A DNA stretch of 64,000 nucleotides from an uncultured delta proteobacterium. Its GTDB lineage: Bacteria; Desulfobacterota; Binatia; JACPRU01. The notes under the pieces were generated by a model, which saw only the letters and a program-made list of their open reading frames with translations, had not been told where the DNA came from and ran no database searches. Below are positions 51,295 through 62,209 of this stretch, in pieces. Position 1 is the stretch's first letter. Each line of letters starts with the position of its first letter. The DNA is taken from contig CAVUWD010000020.1 of assembly GCA_963745025.1 (NCBI GenBank), positions 128,001 to 192,000 of the forward strand, in the 5' to 3' direction. The position numbers and the translations under genes are program-made.

Positions 51295-51939
51295 CTACAG
51301 TTGTTTCTTGGAAAAGTACCAATCGGTCACGTCGAGGGTCTTATCCTTCATGCGCTTCTCGGCGTCTTCGAGGGTGAGCGGCGGGGGCTGGATCACCTTG
51401 TCTCCGGGCCGCCAGCCTTCGGGGGTAGCCACCCCCTGCTTCTTGCTCGTCTGTAGGCTCTGCACGATGCGCAGCACTTCGTCCACGCTCCGTCCGTTGG
51501 TCAGCGGGTAATAGATCATCGCCTTGAGCATGCCCTCGTCGTCGATGACGAACACGCAGCGGACCGTCGCGGTCGAGCTCGCCCCCGGATGGATCATCCC
51601 GTACTTCTGCGCCACCTTGGTGTCGAGATCGGCGATCAGCGGGTACTTCACCTTGACACCGAAGTGCTGCTCCATGCTGCGGATCCACGCGATGTGCGAA
51701 TAGATGCTGTCGATCGACAATCCCATGAGCTGGACGCCGAGCTTCTCGAACTCCGGCGCGCGCCGCGCGAACTCGGACAGCTCCGTCGTACAGACCGGCG
51801 TGAAGTCGGCTGGGTGTGAGAAGAGTACCACCCACTTCCCCCGGTAGTCCGAGAGCTTGACCGGTCCCTGCGTGGAGTTGGCTTGAAAATCTGGTGCTGG
51901 CTCGTTGAGTCTCGGTAGCGATGCGTTGGAAGTTTCCAT
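51295..51939 (-). CDS. Peroxiredoxin (Prx6 subfamily)
   Basis: FSHPADFTPVCTTE, YYPLTNGR, ATPEGW. Confidence 0.95.
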   Translation of the reverse strand: METSNASLPRLNEPAPDFQANSTQGPVKLSDYRGKWVVLFSHPADFTPVCTTELSEFARRAPEFEKLGVQLMGLSIDSIYSHIAWIRSMEQHFGVKVKYPLIADLDTKVAQKYGMIHPGASSTATVRCVFVIDDEGMLKAMIYYPLTNGRSVDEVLRIVQSLQTSKKQGVATPEGWRPGDKVIQPPPLTLEDAEKRMKDKTLDVTDWYFSKKQL

Positions 51940-52114
51940 GAGCGCTGTCCTCCTCTTCTTGTTCTGCCTGGCCAGGCAAAGCGTCACTCTATGCCCGGCG
52001 AAAAACCTTGTAAACGACCCACGACCACGGTGCGGGCCGGAGGCACCACCGCCGGGAAGCGCGTTATTCTAGCTTGCTTGCACCCGGCCGGGCGAGATTG
52101 CTAGCCTCACGACG

Positions 52115-53047
52115 ATGCAAGCTCCCGGGACGATTCTCGTCGTCGACGACCGCGAGTCGAACCGGCACCTCTTGAAGGACGTGCTCGAGAGCGCGGGGCA
52201 CAACGTGCTCTGCGCGAGCGATGGCGTGCAGGCGATCGAATTCGCCATCACCGGCAGGCCGGACGTGATTCTGCTCGACGTGAAGATGCCGGGGATGGAC
52301 GGATTCGAGGTCTGCGTCAAGCTCCAAGCGCTGGCCGAAACGGCCACGATCCCGATCATCTTCGTGACCGCCAACTACGCCGAGGAGCAGGACACGCTCC
52401 ACGGTCTCGAGGTCGGTGCCTACGACTATCTGGTGAAGCCGATCTCGCGCTCGGTGCTGCTCGCCCGCATTGGCGTGATGCTGCGCATTCATCGTTCCGA
52501 AGAGCGCATGCGGCAGCTGTCGATGATCGACGAGTTCACGGGCCTGTTCAGCAAGAACTACGTCGTGCGGCGGCTGGAAGAAGAGATGCAGCGCGCACAG
52601 CGGCGCGGCTCGCTCTTGACCGTGACGATGCTCGATCTCGACGCCTTCAAGAGCTGCAACGACACCTTCGGCCACCAGTTCGGCGACGAGGTTTTGAAGC
52701 GGGTGTCGGGCACGCTGAAGACGAACATGCGTCTTCGCGACTCGGTGGGGCGCTACGGCGGCGAAGAGTTCCTGATCGTTCAACCGGAGCTCACCGAGAG
52801 TGAAGCCGTCGCCATGGTGGGACGCTTGAAGCAAAACGTTGCGGAGGAATGCCTCTACGGCGAGGGTCGTGAGCTGCAGGTGACCCTCAGTGCTGGCATC
52901 GCCGAGTGGGATCGGCGCCTGGGTGCCGAGGATCTGATTCGCCGGGCGGACTGTGCGCTCTACGCAGCCAAGCGAGCGGGGAAGAATCAGACGGTGTGCT
53001 ACGCCCAGATGAACGGCGCTTCCGCGCCTGTGTCGGTCGCGCGTTGA
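52115..53047 (+). CDS. Response-regulator diguanylate cyclase (REC-GGDEF)
   Basis: VVDD, LLDVKMPGMDG, KP; NDTFGH, RxxD I-site, GGEEF. Confidence 0.95.
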   Translation: MQAPGTILVVDDRESNRHLLKDVLESAGHNVLCASDGVQAIEFAITGRPDVILLDVKMPGMDGFEVCVKLQALAETATIPIIFVTANYAEEQDTLHGLEVGAYDYLVKPISRSVLLARIGVMLRIHRSEERMRQLSMIDEFTGLFSKNYVVRRLEEEMQRAQRRGSLLTVTMLDLDAFKSCNDTFGHQFGDEVLKRVSGTLKTNMRLRDSVGRYGGEEFLIVQPELTESEAVAMVGRLKQNVAEECLYGEGRELQVTLSAGIAEWDRRLGAEDLIRRADCALYAAKRAGKNQTVCYAQMNGASAPVSVAR

Positions 53048-53378
53048 CGGATCCGCTGGAGCTCCCGAGGAGGTCGGCGGATGAAACGCTCGCTCGTCGT
53101 GGCGGTTGCCGCTCTGTCGTTCGCGCTGGCGAAGACGGCGGCGCTCGCGGCGTGAACTGTAAGGTCGGCGGCGACGCCAAGGCCGACGCGAAGGGCTCGC
53201 CGGTGGGGACCGACGCGGGCGTGGGTTCCTCGACGGGTACCGGGCCGGCTTCACCGAAGCAGCAGCGCGCGCCGCTCACCAGCGCCTTGACGGGTTGCGG
53301 CGCAGTCGATATTCGCGACTGCACGCGAAGCTTCGACTTCATGAGGTCGGGATCCGGCAATGCGGAGCGCATGACGAA

Positions 53379-53546
53379 ATGACGGCCCGCCAAGGCAAAA
53401 TCGTGGTCGCGGCGACGGTTCTCGTCCTGAGCGCGCTGCTGTTCTGGCAGGCGCTCGCCACCGGCGCCTGGGTCGGCTTCGCGGTGACCGAAGTCCAGGT
53501 GCTGGCGCCGATGGGCATCTCGTGGCGGGTCCTGAGCGGCTGGTAA
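53379..53546 (+). CDS. Small hydrophobic protein (55 aa)
   Basis: Two hydrophobic segments; GC3-biased codons; upstream of the LLM gene. Confidence 0.45.
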   Translation: MTARQGKIVVAATVLVLSALLFWQALATGAWVGFAVTEVQVLAPMGISWRVLSGW

Positions 53547-53588
53547 GGAAGAACCCGCGCTGCCTCGCCACGCGGAAAGGAGACCTAC

Positions 53589-54524
53589 GTGCCCACCGAA
53601 ACGATCCACTTCGGCCTGACACTTCCTCAGATCAAGCGGAGCTGGCAGGAGACCCGCGCCGCCGCCCTGGAGTTCGAGGCCCTCGGCTACCATTCGCTCT
53701 GGTTGAACGATCATCTCTACGGTATCCCGATGCCGACGATCCCGATCCTCGAGGCGTGGACGACCTTGTCGGCCGTGGGAGGCATTACCTCCCGGCCGGA
53801 GCTCGGCCTGCTCGTGTCTCCGCCGGGCTTCCGCAATCCGGCGCTCTTCGCGAAGATGGTAGCGACGCTCGACCACATCACCGGCGGACGGGTGATCGTC
53901 GGCCTCGGTGCGGGCTGGTTCGCGCAGGAGTTCGAGGGCTATGGCTTCCCGTTCCCGCCGGCTCGCGAGCGCCTGGAGCAGCTTCGCGAGACGATCACGA
54001 TCATGAAGCGGATGTGGACCGAGGAGACGCCGACATTCACGGGCAAGCACTTCCGGGTCGAGTCGGTCATCTGCCAGCCGCGCCCGTCGCGGCGCCCGCC
54101 GGTCCTCATCGGTGGCGGCGGTGAAAAGGTGCTGCTGGCGATTGCCGCCGAGCACGCCGATATCTGGAACAACCTCGCCGTCCATCAAGGCGCACTGGCG
54201 AGAAAGATCGAGGTGCTCCGCCGTCATTGCCGCGAGGTGGGACGGGACTTCGACGCCATCACCATTTCGCAGCAGACCCTCGTCGTGATCGGCGAAGACG
54301 AGAAGGACGGTCGCGAGAAGATGGAGAAGGCGACCCACCTCTACGGCAGGCACTTCGGCGACATCGACAATGCCGGCATCTGGGGGAGCCCGGATCAGGT
54401 CGTCGAGCGGATCCAGCGCCACATGCGTCTCGGCGTTCGCCACTTCGTGATCGAGTTCTTCGGCCGCGACACGCGCGCGTCCGCGAAGCTCTTCGCCGAA
54501 ACGGTGATGCCGGCATTCAACTGA
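53589..54524 (+). CDS. LLM class flavin/F420-dependent oxidoreductase
   Basis: SLWLNDHL, EAWTTL, RNPALFAKMVATLD, GLGAGW, IGGGGEK. Confidence 0.93.
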   Translation: MPTETIHFGLTLPQIKRSWQETRAAALEFEALGYHSLWLNDHLYGIPMPTIPILEAWTTLSAVGGITSRPELGLLVSPPGFRNPALFAKMVATLDHITGGRVIVGLGAGWFAQEFEGYGFPFPPARERLEQLRETITIMKRMWTEETPTFTGKHFRVESVICQPRPSRRPPVLIGGGGEKVLLAIAAEHADIWNNLAVHQGALARKIEVLRRHCREVGRDFDAITISQQTLVVIGEDEKDGREKMEKATHLYGRHFGDIDNAGIWGSPDQVVERIQRHMRLGVRHFVIEFFGRDTRASAKLFAETVMPAFN

Positions 54525-54661
54525 GGATCGGGTGGAGAATCCGCTCAGAAACACCGCGCCCGAGATGCGCCGACGCGGAAGCGCGTTCGGCCTCGCGACG
54601 ATTGGCGGGGACATGGGGCAGGGGGTGGCGACCATCCTCGAGATCGAGGATTGATTCGTTT

Positions 54662-55333
54662 GTGTCCGCCGTTGCTATCCTCGCATTGTACGTGGGTCCG
54701 TCTCTTGCGATCGGCGGCATTCTCTTCGCTTCGGCCGGTCGGTTCGACGTGCCGGCGGTCTGGTGGGCATACCTGGGGGTGTGGCTCGTCGTTTCGGTGG
54801 CCGGCGCGCTGAGCGCAGATCCGGGTCTCGTACAGGAGCGGCTCCGGCCGGGTCCGGGCGCGCGAGAGAGCTTGTTGCTCGCCGCCGTGATCGCAGGGGC
54901 GCTCACCGCGAGCCACTTCGTCATCGCGGGTCTCGATGTGGGCCGCTTCCACTGCTCCGATTCGGTTCCGGTCGCGCTCCGGTGGGCCGGCCTGGTCGTT
55001 CTCGTCGCCTCCTTGGGGATCGCGCAGTGGGCAACCACCGTGAATCGTTTCTTCTCGTCGGTGGTTCGCGTCCAGTCCGAGCGCGGTCATCGCGTGATCT
55101 CCTCGGGCCCATACGCCTATGTGCGGCATCCCGGGTACGCCGGAGCCATCGGGTTCGCGCTGTGCAGCGGGATCGCGCTCGGATCGTGGCTCTCGATCTT
55201 GCCCAATCTCATGGCAATCGGCCTGCTCGTCCGGCGGATTTCTAGGGAGGAGCGGGTTCTTCGCGAAGGACTCCCGGGGTACGAGAGCTACCAGCAGCGT
55301 GTCCGCTATCGGCTCGTGCCGGGACTCTGGTAG
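54662..55333 (+). CDS. Isoprenylcysteine carboxyl methyltransferase family membrane protein
   Basis: NRFFSSVVRVQ, GPYAYVRHPGY, EE..L, YRLVPGLW. Confidence 0.9.
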   Translation: MSAVAILALYVGPSLAIGGILFASAGRFDVPAVWWAYLGVWLVVSVAGALSADPGLVQERLRPGPGARESLLLAAVIAGALTASHFVIAGLDVGRFHCSDSVPVALRWAGLVVLVASLGIAQWATTVNRFFSSVVRVQSERGHRVISSGPYAYVRHPGYAGAIGFALCSGIALGSWLSILPNLMAIGLLVRRISREERVLREGLPGYESYQQRVRYRLVPGLW

Positions 55334-55571
55334 CCAATTCCAACGATGCAATCCGCCGCTCTTGCGCGGGCTCGGCCGTGCGAGTAGCGGTGGATTGGCT
55401 GATGGCTGACGAACGGGCCCGATTCGTCCTCGGGATTTGCGCCGCACGGCGGCTTCTCCCGCATAGCCGCCGTGGCGCTACGCCAGGGACCGCTGCTCGG
55501 AGCGATCACCCGAGGCGCCCGGCGTTGGCTCGTCGAATGATCAAGGGGGCTCGAGCGTTCCAAAGCCGCTC

Positions 55572-56489
55572 ATGATTCTCGAGTCGGCCGTTCTCGACGT
55601 GAAACCGGGTCAAAGCACCGCCTTCGAGGCGGCGTTCGCCCGAGCGCGCTCGATTCTCGCAGCCGCCGACGGTCATCTCTCGCACGAGCTCCGACGCTCG
55701 GTGGAGAAACCGGGCCGCTACCTGCTGCTCGTGCGCTGGCGGACGCTCGAGGATCATACCACGGGCTTCCGCGGCTCCGCGGCCTACCAGGAATGGAAGC
55801 AGCTGCTGCACCACTTCTACGATCCGTTTCCGACGGTCGAACACTACGAATCGCTGGCGAAGTCGGCGGGATCCGCGCGGCTGGTCGAGTTCTTCTTTTC
55901 GCCGGCGAGCCGCGACTCGTATTTGGCGGCCAGCCAGCTGGCGGCACTCGAGGCCGAGACCGGCTGCCGGGTGGAATGGCGGCCCGTGAACGGCCCCGAC
56001 ATCCGCGCGCTTCGCGGCCGTGCTCCGTTCGTCGGCGCCCCGGTCTCGGGGCAATGCGAGTGGGCCTACCGGCGGCGCGACGCTGAGCGCTGGGCACGCC
56101 ATTACGGCATTCCGTTTCGGGAGCCGCCGGCTCACGAATTCGACTCCCGGTTTCTGGTGAGCGCCGCCACGGTCGCCAAGCGGCTCGGCCGTGCGGCCGA
56201 CTACGGATGGCGTCTCTGTTCGGCGGTTTACGGCTCCGGCGAGTGGCCGATCGACGAAGCCGTATGTCTGCGGATCGCGGAGGAGCTTGGCCTCGACCCT
56301 GGGTCGTTCGCTTCGACGCTCCGCGATCGGGAAACCGAACGCCAGTTGACCGAGGCCGCTCGGGAAGCGTACGCCCGGGGAGCCTTCGGCGTACCCACGT
56401 TCTTCGTCGGCGACCAGATGTTCTGGGGCAACGATCGGATCGCGATTCTGCGTCATGCTCTCCTCGGCGAAGGTTGGGAAGGCGCCTGA
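55572..56489 (+). CDS. Fusion of an antibiotic biosynthesis monooxygenase (ABM) domain and a DsbA/HCCA isomerase (GST-kappa-like) domain
   Basis: First ~95 aa MILESA...HTTGFRGS...LHHFYDPFPTVEHY; then VEFFFS, DAERWA..YGIP, GAFGVPTF, FWGNDR. Confidence 0.85.
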   Translation: MILESAVLDVKPGQSTAFEAAFARARSILAAADGHLSHELRRSVEKPGRYLLLVRWRTLEDHTTGFRGSAAYQEWKQLLHHFYDPFPTVEHYESLAKSAGSARLVEFFFSPASRDSYLAASQLAALEAETGCRVEWRPVNGPDIRALRGRAPFVGAPVSGQCEWAYRRRDAERWARHYGIPFREPPAHEFDSRFLVSAATVAKRLGRAADYGWRLCSAVYGSGEWPIDEAVCLRIAEELGLDPGSFASTLRDRETERQLTEAAREAYARGAFGVPTFFVGDQMFWGNDRIAILRHALLGEGWEGA

Positions 56490-56494
56490 AGCGT

Positions 56495-56938
56495 ATGCCA
56501 GTCGAAGTCATCGGCATCGACCACGTCTACGTAGCGGTGCGCGACCTCGGTCGCTCCGAACGATTCTACGACCGCGTGATGGGCGTCCTCGGATATCGCA
56601 AGATTCAATCCGCGATCGCGGGAGAACCTCACGTCCACTACTACAACCGCCAATTCGGTTTCTCGCTGCGGCCGGCGCGGCCCGCGACGCCGGACCACGA
56701 CCCGTACGCGCCGGGCCTCCATCACCTCTGCTTCCGCGTGCTCGACGAGAAGGCCGTCGATCGAGCGGCCGCCGAGCTGCGCAGCGGGGGCATCGCGGCG
56801 AGCGATCCGCGTGCCTATCCCGAGTATTCCACCGACTACTACGCGACCTTCTTCACCGATCCAGACGGCGTGCGCCTCGAGATCACGAACTTCCGCGAGA
56901 TTCGCCGGCGGCGCATGTTCGATTGGGACTGCGCGTGA
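56495..56938 (+). CDS. VOC/glyoxalase family protein
   Basis: [32 protein letters not shown]. Confidence 0.92.
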   Translation: MPVEVIGIDHVYVAVRDLGRSERFYDRVMGVLGYRKIQSAIAGEPHVHYYNRQFGFSLRPARPATPDHDPYAPGLHHLCFRVLDEKAVDRAAAELRSGGIAASDPRAYPEYSTDYYATFFTDPDGVRLEITNFREIRRRRMFDWDCA

Positions 56939-56950
56939 CGAAAAATCGGA

Positions 56951-58069
56951 CTACTTGCCGACGGCTTCCTCGGGGGGATGATGCGCGAGGCCGAAGGCCT
57001 CGGCCACGCCGCGGTGAGTGACTTTACCGTCGTAGACGTTGATCGCCCGCCGCAGCGGGGCGTTCTCGCGGGCGGCCGGTTCGAGCCCGTGATCGGCGAT
57101 CGCCAGCGCATAGGAGAAGGTGGCGTTGGTGAGCGCGTAGGTCGAGGTGTGCGGGACGATCCCCGGCATGTTCGTGACGCAGTAGTGGACCACGCCCTCC
57201 TCGACGTAGATCGGGTCGTGGTGCGTCGTCGGCCGCGCGGTATCGATGCATCCGCCCTGATCGATCGAGATGTCGACGATGGCGGCGCCATCGGCCATGC
57301 GCCGCACCAGCGACCGGGAAACGAGCCGCGGGGCGCGAGCCCCGGGGATCAGCACGGATCCGATGACGAGGTCCGCGGCGAACACTTCCTCTTCGATGTT
57401 CGCCCGATTCGACATCACCGTGGTGACGTGGCCGCCGAGGATGTCGTGGACGTAGCGAAGTCGTGCGGGATTGACGTCGAGGATGCTGACGTGTGCGCCG
57501 ACGCCTACGGCGACCTTGCATGCATTGGCCCCCGCGATGCCCGCGCCGAGGATGACGACCTTGGCGGGACGCACTCCCGAAGCGCCGCCGAGCAGTACGC
57601 CGCGGCCGCCGTTCTCCGCCTGCAAGCACCACGCGCCGACCTGGACCGATAGACGTCCCGCCACCTCGCTCATCGGCGCTAGCAGCGGCAGCGAGCCGTC
57701 GTCCAGCTGCACGGTCTCGTAGCCGACGGCGCGAACTCCCGTGGCGACGAGCGCGCGCGTCAGCGGCTCGTTCGCGGCTAGGTGAAGATAGGTGAATAGC
57801 ACGAGCCCGGGACGGAGGTAGGCGTACTCGTGGGCGACAGGCTCCTTCACCTTGAGGACCAGCTCGGCGCCGCTCCAGACGTCGTCGGCGCGAGCGGGGA
57901 TCTCGGCGCCCGCGCTTCGATACGCGTCGTCGGAGATCCGGCTTCCCGCGCCCGCGCGGCTCTCGACCAGCACACGGTGGCCGTGGCTGACGAGTCCCGC
58001 GACGCCGCTCGGCGTGACGGCAACTCGGTTTTCGTCGTCTTTCACCTCGCGTGGGACACCGATGCGCAT
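56951..58069 (-). CDS. ald: Alanine dehydrogenase
   Basis: [37 protein letters not shown]. Confidence 0.96.
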   Translation of the reverse strand: MRIGVPREVKDDENRVAVTPSGVAGLVSHGHRVLVESRAGAGSRISDDAYRSAGAEIPARADDVWSGAELVLKVKEPVAHEYAYLRPGLVLFTYLHLAANEPLTRALVATGVRAVGYETVQLDDGSLPLLAPMSEVAGRLSVQVGAWCLQAENGGRGVLLGGASGVRPAKVVILGAGIAGANACKVAVGVGAHVSILDVNPARLRYVHDILGGHVTTVMSNRANIEEEVFAADLVIGSVLIPGARAPRLVSRSLVRRMADGAAIVDISIDQGGCIDTARPTTHHDPIYVEEGVVHYCVTNMPGIVPHTSTYALTNATFSYALAIADHGLEPAARENAPLRRAINVYDGKVTHRGVAEAFGLAHHPPEEAVGK

Positions 58070-58356
58070 GCGGTAGCAATGATCGAGGCACGAACGGAAC
58101 GCAAGTGCGGATCGAGCGGACGGCAGCTACGCGCCGCCTCATGCCAAGATCGAGGGCCGCCGCTCACCCGCTCAACCCACGGTGCGGCGCTGGCCTCCCC
58201 GTCATTGATGGAAGAGCCTCTACGACAATTCTTCGCAATGGCGGTTGGGCCGGAGCGGAGCGGTTGCTCAGCGACGAGCGGCGGGGCACGATGCAGGCAC
58301 GAGGCAGCGCGTGGCTGCCGTTCGCTCCATCCCCGCCGCAGCTCGCAATCCCACGA

Positions 58357-58385
58357 TTGACCAGTGCCACCAAGTTGGCTAGCAC
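58357..58385 (+). promoter_or_regulatory. Candidate sigma70 promoter of the folD-gcv operon
   Basis: TTGACC-17 nt-TAGCAC, ending 19 nt before GTG 58405. Confidence 0.5.
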
Positions 58386-58404
58386 CTCGATCGAAGGGAC
58401 GTTC

Positions 58405-59277
58405 GTGGGCGAGATCCTTGATGGAAAGAGCGCCGCGCGCGAAGTCCGGGAGCGAGTCCGGACGGAGACTGCGGCGCTCGCCGAACGACACGGGGTCAAG
58501 CCCGGACTCGCCACCGTGCTCGTCGGCGAAGATCCTGCTTCGAAGATCTACGTCGGCTCCAAGCTGAAGGCTTGTGGCGAGGTCGGCTTCCGCTCGTTCG
58601 CGCGCGAGCTGCCGGCGACCACGACCGAGTCCGAGCTTCTCGCGGTCGTCGATGAGCTCAACGCCGATCCCAACGTGCACGGCATCCTCGTCCAGCTTCC
58701 GCTTCCGAAAGGGCTCGACGAGAAGCGCGTGATCTTCCGTCTCTCGCCGGAGAAGGACGTCGACGGGCTTCACCCGGTGAGCCAAGGCCGGCTCCTCGCC
58801 GGCGAGCCGGGGTTCCGGCCCTGCACGCCGCTCGGGGTCATGTATCTCGTTCAGAAGACCGGCATCGGTCTGGCGGGTAAGCGCGCCGTGGTGATCGGTC
58901 GCAGCCGGCTCGTCGGCAAGCCGGTCGCGGTGCTGCTTCTCGAGCAGCACGCGACCGTCACGGTGTGCCACTCCCGGACGGTGGATCTCGCGGGCGAGGT
59001 CGGCAACGCGGAGGTTCTCGTGGCGGCGATCGGCAAGGCCGAGATGATCCGCGGTGAGTGGATCCGTCCCGGCAGCGTGGTCATCGACGTCGGCATCAAC
59101 CGTACCGGCTCCGGGCTCAAGGGCGACGTGGAGTATGCGGCGGCGTCCGAGCGCGCCGCGTACATCACGCCCGTGCCGGGAGGCGTGGGTCCGATGACGG
59201 TCGCGATGCTGATGCAAAACACGCTGGCCGCCGCTCGGCGGAGCGCGGGAATTCCCGCCGGATCGGCCGCGCAGTGA
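58405..59277 (+). CDS. folD: Methylenetetrahydrofolate dehydrogenase/cyclohydrolase
   Basis: [40 protein letters not shown]. Confidence 0.97.
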   Translation: MGEILDGKSAAREVRERVRTETAALAERHGVKPGLATVLVGEDPASKIYVGSKLKACGEVGFRSFARELPATTTESELLAVVDELNADPNVHGILVQLPLPKGLDEKRVIFRLSPEKDVDGLHPVSQGRLLAGEPGFRPCTPLGVMYLVQKTGIGLAGKRAVVIGRSRLVGKPVAVLLLEQHATVTVCHSRTVDLAGEVGNAEVLVAAIGKAEMIRGEWIRPGSVVIDVGINRTGSGLKGDVEYAAASERAAYITPVPGGVGPMTVAMLMQNTLAAARRSAGIPAGSAAQ

Positions 59278-60386
59278 GCGTTGCGGTGGCCGGGGAGGCC
59301 GTGCGCCGGACGCCGCTCTACGATGCGCACCGGCGGCTCGGTGGACGCATGGTGGAGTTCGCAGGCTGGGAGATGCCGGTCTACTACGCTGGCATTCTCG
59401 AAGAGCATCGCGCCGTACGCGAGCACGCGGGGCTTTTCGACGTCAGCCACATGGGCGAGATCGAGGTGAGGGGTCCGCGAGCGCTCGCGGCATGCCAAAA
59501 ACTGGTGACGAACGACGCGACGGCGCTGAGACCGGGGAGGGCGCAGTACGCCGTGATGTGCCTTCCCTCGGGCGGCATCGTCGACGACGTGATCTACTAC
59601 TGTCTCGCCCCCGATCGGTTTCTCTTCTGCGTCAACGCGTCCAACGAGGAGAAGGACTATCGTTGGATGAAGCAGCACGCCGGGGGCGCGCAGGTGATCA
59701 ATCGCAGCGCCGATTTCGCGCAGCTCGCGCTCCAGGGCCCCAAGGCGCCGACGATTCTCCAGCCGTTGACGACGATCGACCTCGCCGCGCTCGAGAGCTT
59801 CGGCGCGATCGAGGGGGAAATCGCCGGTGCCCGGGCGCTCGTCTCGCGCACCGGCTACACGGGTGAGGATGGCTTCGAGATCTACCTCTCGCCGTCCGAT
59901 GCCGAAAGGGTGTGGGATCGGCTGCTCGCGGAGGGCGCGCCGCGGGGCCTCGTGCCGGTCGGCCTCGGGGCGCGCGATACGCTCCGCCTCGAGAAGGGCC
60001 TGATGCTCTACGGCAACGACATCGACGAGGAGACGACGCCGCTCGAGGCGGGTCTCGGCTGGGTCGTCAAGCTCGACAAGGGAGGTTTCATCGGTCGCGA
60101 GGCGCTCGTCCGGCAGAAGGCCGAAGGCGTGCGTCGGCGGCTCGTCGGTCTCTCGATGGAAGGTACTGCGGCGCCGCCGCGCCATGGGTATCGAATCCTA
60201 CACTCGGGCCGGCCGGTCGGCGTCGTCACCAGTGGGACCAAATCGCCCACCCTCGGCCGAGGAGTTGCGCTGGGCCTCGTCGAGCGATCGGTCTCCGAGA
60301 TCGGCACCAAGCTTGAAGTCGAAATTCGCGGTCGACAGCATTCGGCCGAAGTCGTGGCGCTGCCGTTCGTGCGCCGCCAGAAGTAG
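59274..60386 (+). CDS. gcvT: Glycine cleavage aminomethyltransferase T
   Basis: [38 protein letters not shown]. Confidence 0.97.
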   Translation: MSVAVAGEAVRRTPLYDAHRRLGGRMVEFAGWEMPVYYAGILEEHRAVREHAGLFDVSHMGEIEVRGPRALAACQKLVTNDATALRPGRAQYAVMCLPSGGIVDDVIYYCLAPDRFLFCVNASNEEKDYRWMKQHAGGAQVINRSADFAQLALQGPKAPTILQPLTTIDLAALESFGAIEGEIAGARALVSRTGYTGEDGFEIYLSPSDAERVWDRLLAEGAPRGLVPVGLGARDTLRLEKGLMLYGNDIDEETTPLEAGLGWVVKLDKGGFIGREALVRQKAEGVRRRLVGLSMEGTAAPPRHGYRILHSGRPVGVVTSGTKSPTLGRGVALGLVERSVSEIGTKLEVEIRGRQHSAEVVALPFVRRQK

Positions 60387-60397
60387 GGAGGACCAGC

Positions 60398-60850
60398 ATG
60401 AAGTTTCCGAAGAAGCTCCGCTATACCCGAGAGCACGAATGGGTGCTGATCGAGGGCAACCAGGCGACGGTTGGCATCACGGACTTCGCGCAGCACGAGC
60501 TCGGCGAGGTTGTCTACGTCGAGCTGCCCAAGGTCGGTGATTCGGTCACCAAGGACGAGCCGTTCGGTGTCGTCGAGTCCGTGAAGGCGGCCTCCGACGT
60601 CTATGCGCCGGTCTCCGGGGAGGTCACCGAAAGCAACGACGACCTGGTTTCGAGCCCAGAGCTGATCAACGACGATCCGTATGGAGACGCGTGGCTGATC
60701 CGCGTGGAGATGAGCGACTCTTCCGAGCTCGAGCACCTGATGACGGCACAGGATTACAAGGACTACGTGGAGGAGGAAGGCGAGGGGGAGGAAGCGGAAG
60801 AGCCAGAAGACGAAGAGATCGATGACGATGAAGACGAGGATGAGGAATAG
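60398..60850 (+). CDS. gcvH: Glycine cleavage H protein with acidic C-terminal tail
   Basis: HEW, GITDFAQ, VESVKA (lipoyl Lys), INDDPYG. Confidence 0.96.
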   Translation: MKFPKKLRYTREHEWVLIEGNQATVGITDFAQHELGEVVYVELPKVGDSVTKDEPFGVVESVKAASDVYAPVSGEVTESNDDLVSSPELINDDPYGDAWLIRVEMSDSSELEHLMTAQDYKDYVEEEGEGEEAEEPEDEEIDDDEDEDEE

Positions 60851-60865
60851 TTTGCGTCGATCGCG

Positions 60866-62209
60866 ATGCGCTACATCCCGCACACCGAGGCCGACGTCGC
60901 CGCGATGCTCGGCACGATCGGCCTGCGATCCCTAGACGACCTCGTCGCTCACATTCCGGCTGCTCTGCGCCGGCAGGCCACGCTCGACGTTCCGAACGGG
61001 CTCGGCGAAGCCGACGTCACGGCACGTCTCGCGGCGCTCGCCGCGAAGAACCGCGTGGCGCCGAGCCTTCTCTGCTTCGCCGGGGCCGGCGCCTACCCGC
61101 ACTTCATTCCGTCGGTCGTCGATCACGTGATCCTCCGCAGCGAGTTCGCGACCGCCTACACCCCGTACCAGCCCGAGGTCAGTCAGGGCACGCTGCAGGC
61201 GACGTTCGAATTTCAGACGCTCATCGCATCACTCAGCGGTCTCGAAGTGGCCAACGCGAGCATGTACGACGGCTCGACGGCGACGGCCGAAGCTGTGCTG
61301 ATGGCGAAGCGGCTCGCCCCGAAGGCCGGCCGGGTTCTCGTCGCGGCCTCGTTGCCGCCGCAGTACCGTGAAGTCGTCCGCACCTATCTCGAGGGGCTCG
61401 GCGGCCTCGAGTCCGAGGAGGTCCCGTTCGGCGCCGACGGTCGGGTCGACCTCGCGGCGCTCGAGCGACGGTTGACTGCCGCGCCCGCGGCCGTCGTCGT
61501 CGGCTACCCCAACTTCTTCGGCGTGATCGAGGACCTGCAGGCGATCGCCACAAAGACGACAGCCGCCGGCACGCTGCTGGTCACCGTGACACCCGAAGCG
61601 ATGGCGCTCGGGCTGCTCCGTCCTCCCGGCGCGCTCGGCGCCGACATCGCGGTCGGAGAAGGCCAGAGCTTCGGCATCCCGCTGTCGTTCGGCGGGCCCT
61701 ACCTCGGCCTCTTCGCGACTCGTGAGCGCTTCGTGCGCAGCATGCCCGGGAGGCTCGTCGGTGAGACCGTGGACGAGCAGGGGCGCCGCGGCTACGTGCT
61801 CACGCTCGCCACGCGCGAGCAGCACATCCGGCGCGAGCGGGCGACGTCGAACATCTGTACGAACCAGAGTCTGTGTGCGCTGGCGGCGACCGTGTTCCTG
61901 GCGCTCGTTGGCCGCCGCGGGCTGCGCGAGCTCGCGGAGCGCAATGCACGCAAGGCTCGCCATGCGCTGCGTTGCCTTCGCGAGCGGGCCGGAGCGGAGC
62001 TCGTGTTCTCGGCACCGTTCTTCAACGAGTTCGCGGTTTATCTGCCGAACGCCCGCGTTCGCTACGAGCGGGCTTTCGAGCGCGGCGTGCTCGCCGGCGT
62101 GCCGCTCGGCCAGTGGTTCCCGGCGCTCGAGGATGCGCTCCTCGTCTGCGCGACCGAAGTGCATTCGGCGGACGACATCGACCGCTTGGCGGAAGCGCTG
62201 GTTGAATGA
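60866..62209 (+). CDS. gcvPA: Glycine dehydrogenase subunit 1
   Basis: MRYIPHT, TAYTPYQPEVSQG, NASMYDG, REQHIRRERATSNICTN. Confidence 0.97.
   Translation: MRYIPHTEADVAAMLGTIGLRSLDDLVAHIPAALRRQATLDVPNGLGEADVTARLAALAAKNRVAPSLLCFAGAGAYPHFIPSVVDHVILRSEFATAYTPYQPEVSQGTLQATFEFQTLIASLSGLEVANASMYDGSTATAEAVLMAKRLAPKAGRVLVAASLPPQYREVVRTYLEGLGGLESEEVPFGADGRVDLAALERRLTAAPAAVVVGYPNFFGVIEDLQAIATKTTAAGTLLVTVTPEAMALGLLRPPGALGADIAVGEGQSFGIPLSFGGPYLGLFATRERFVRSMPGRLVGETVDEQGRRGYVLTLATREQHIRRERATSNICTNQSLCALAATVFLALVGRRGLRELAERNARKARHALRCLRERAGAELVFSAPFFNEFAVYLPNARVRYERAFERGVLAGVPLGQWFPALEDALLVCATEVHSADDIDRLAEALVE

Noticed and set aside
53050-53373. Pro/Ser-rich minus-strand ORF segment after the diguanylate cyclase
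   Set aside because: Low complexity, runs into the opposite-strand gene, and has no recognisable domain.
58070-58404. Glycine or THF riboswitch before folD-gcv or ald
   Set aside because: No GGAGA...CCGAAG...CUCUCAGG pattern on either strand, and a promoter candidate lies close to the folD start.
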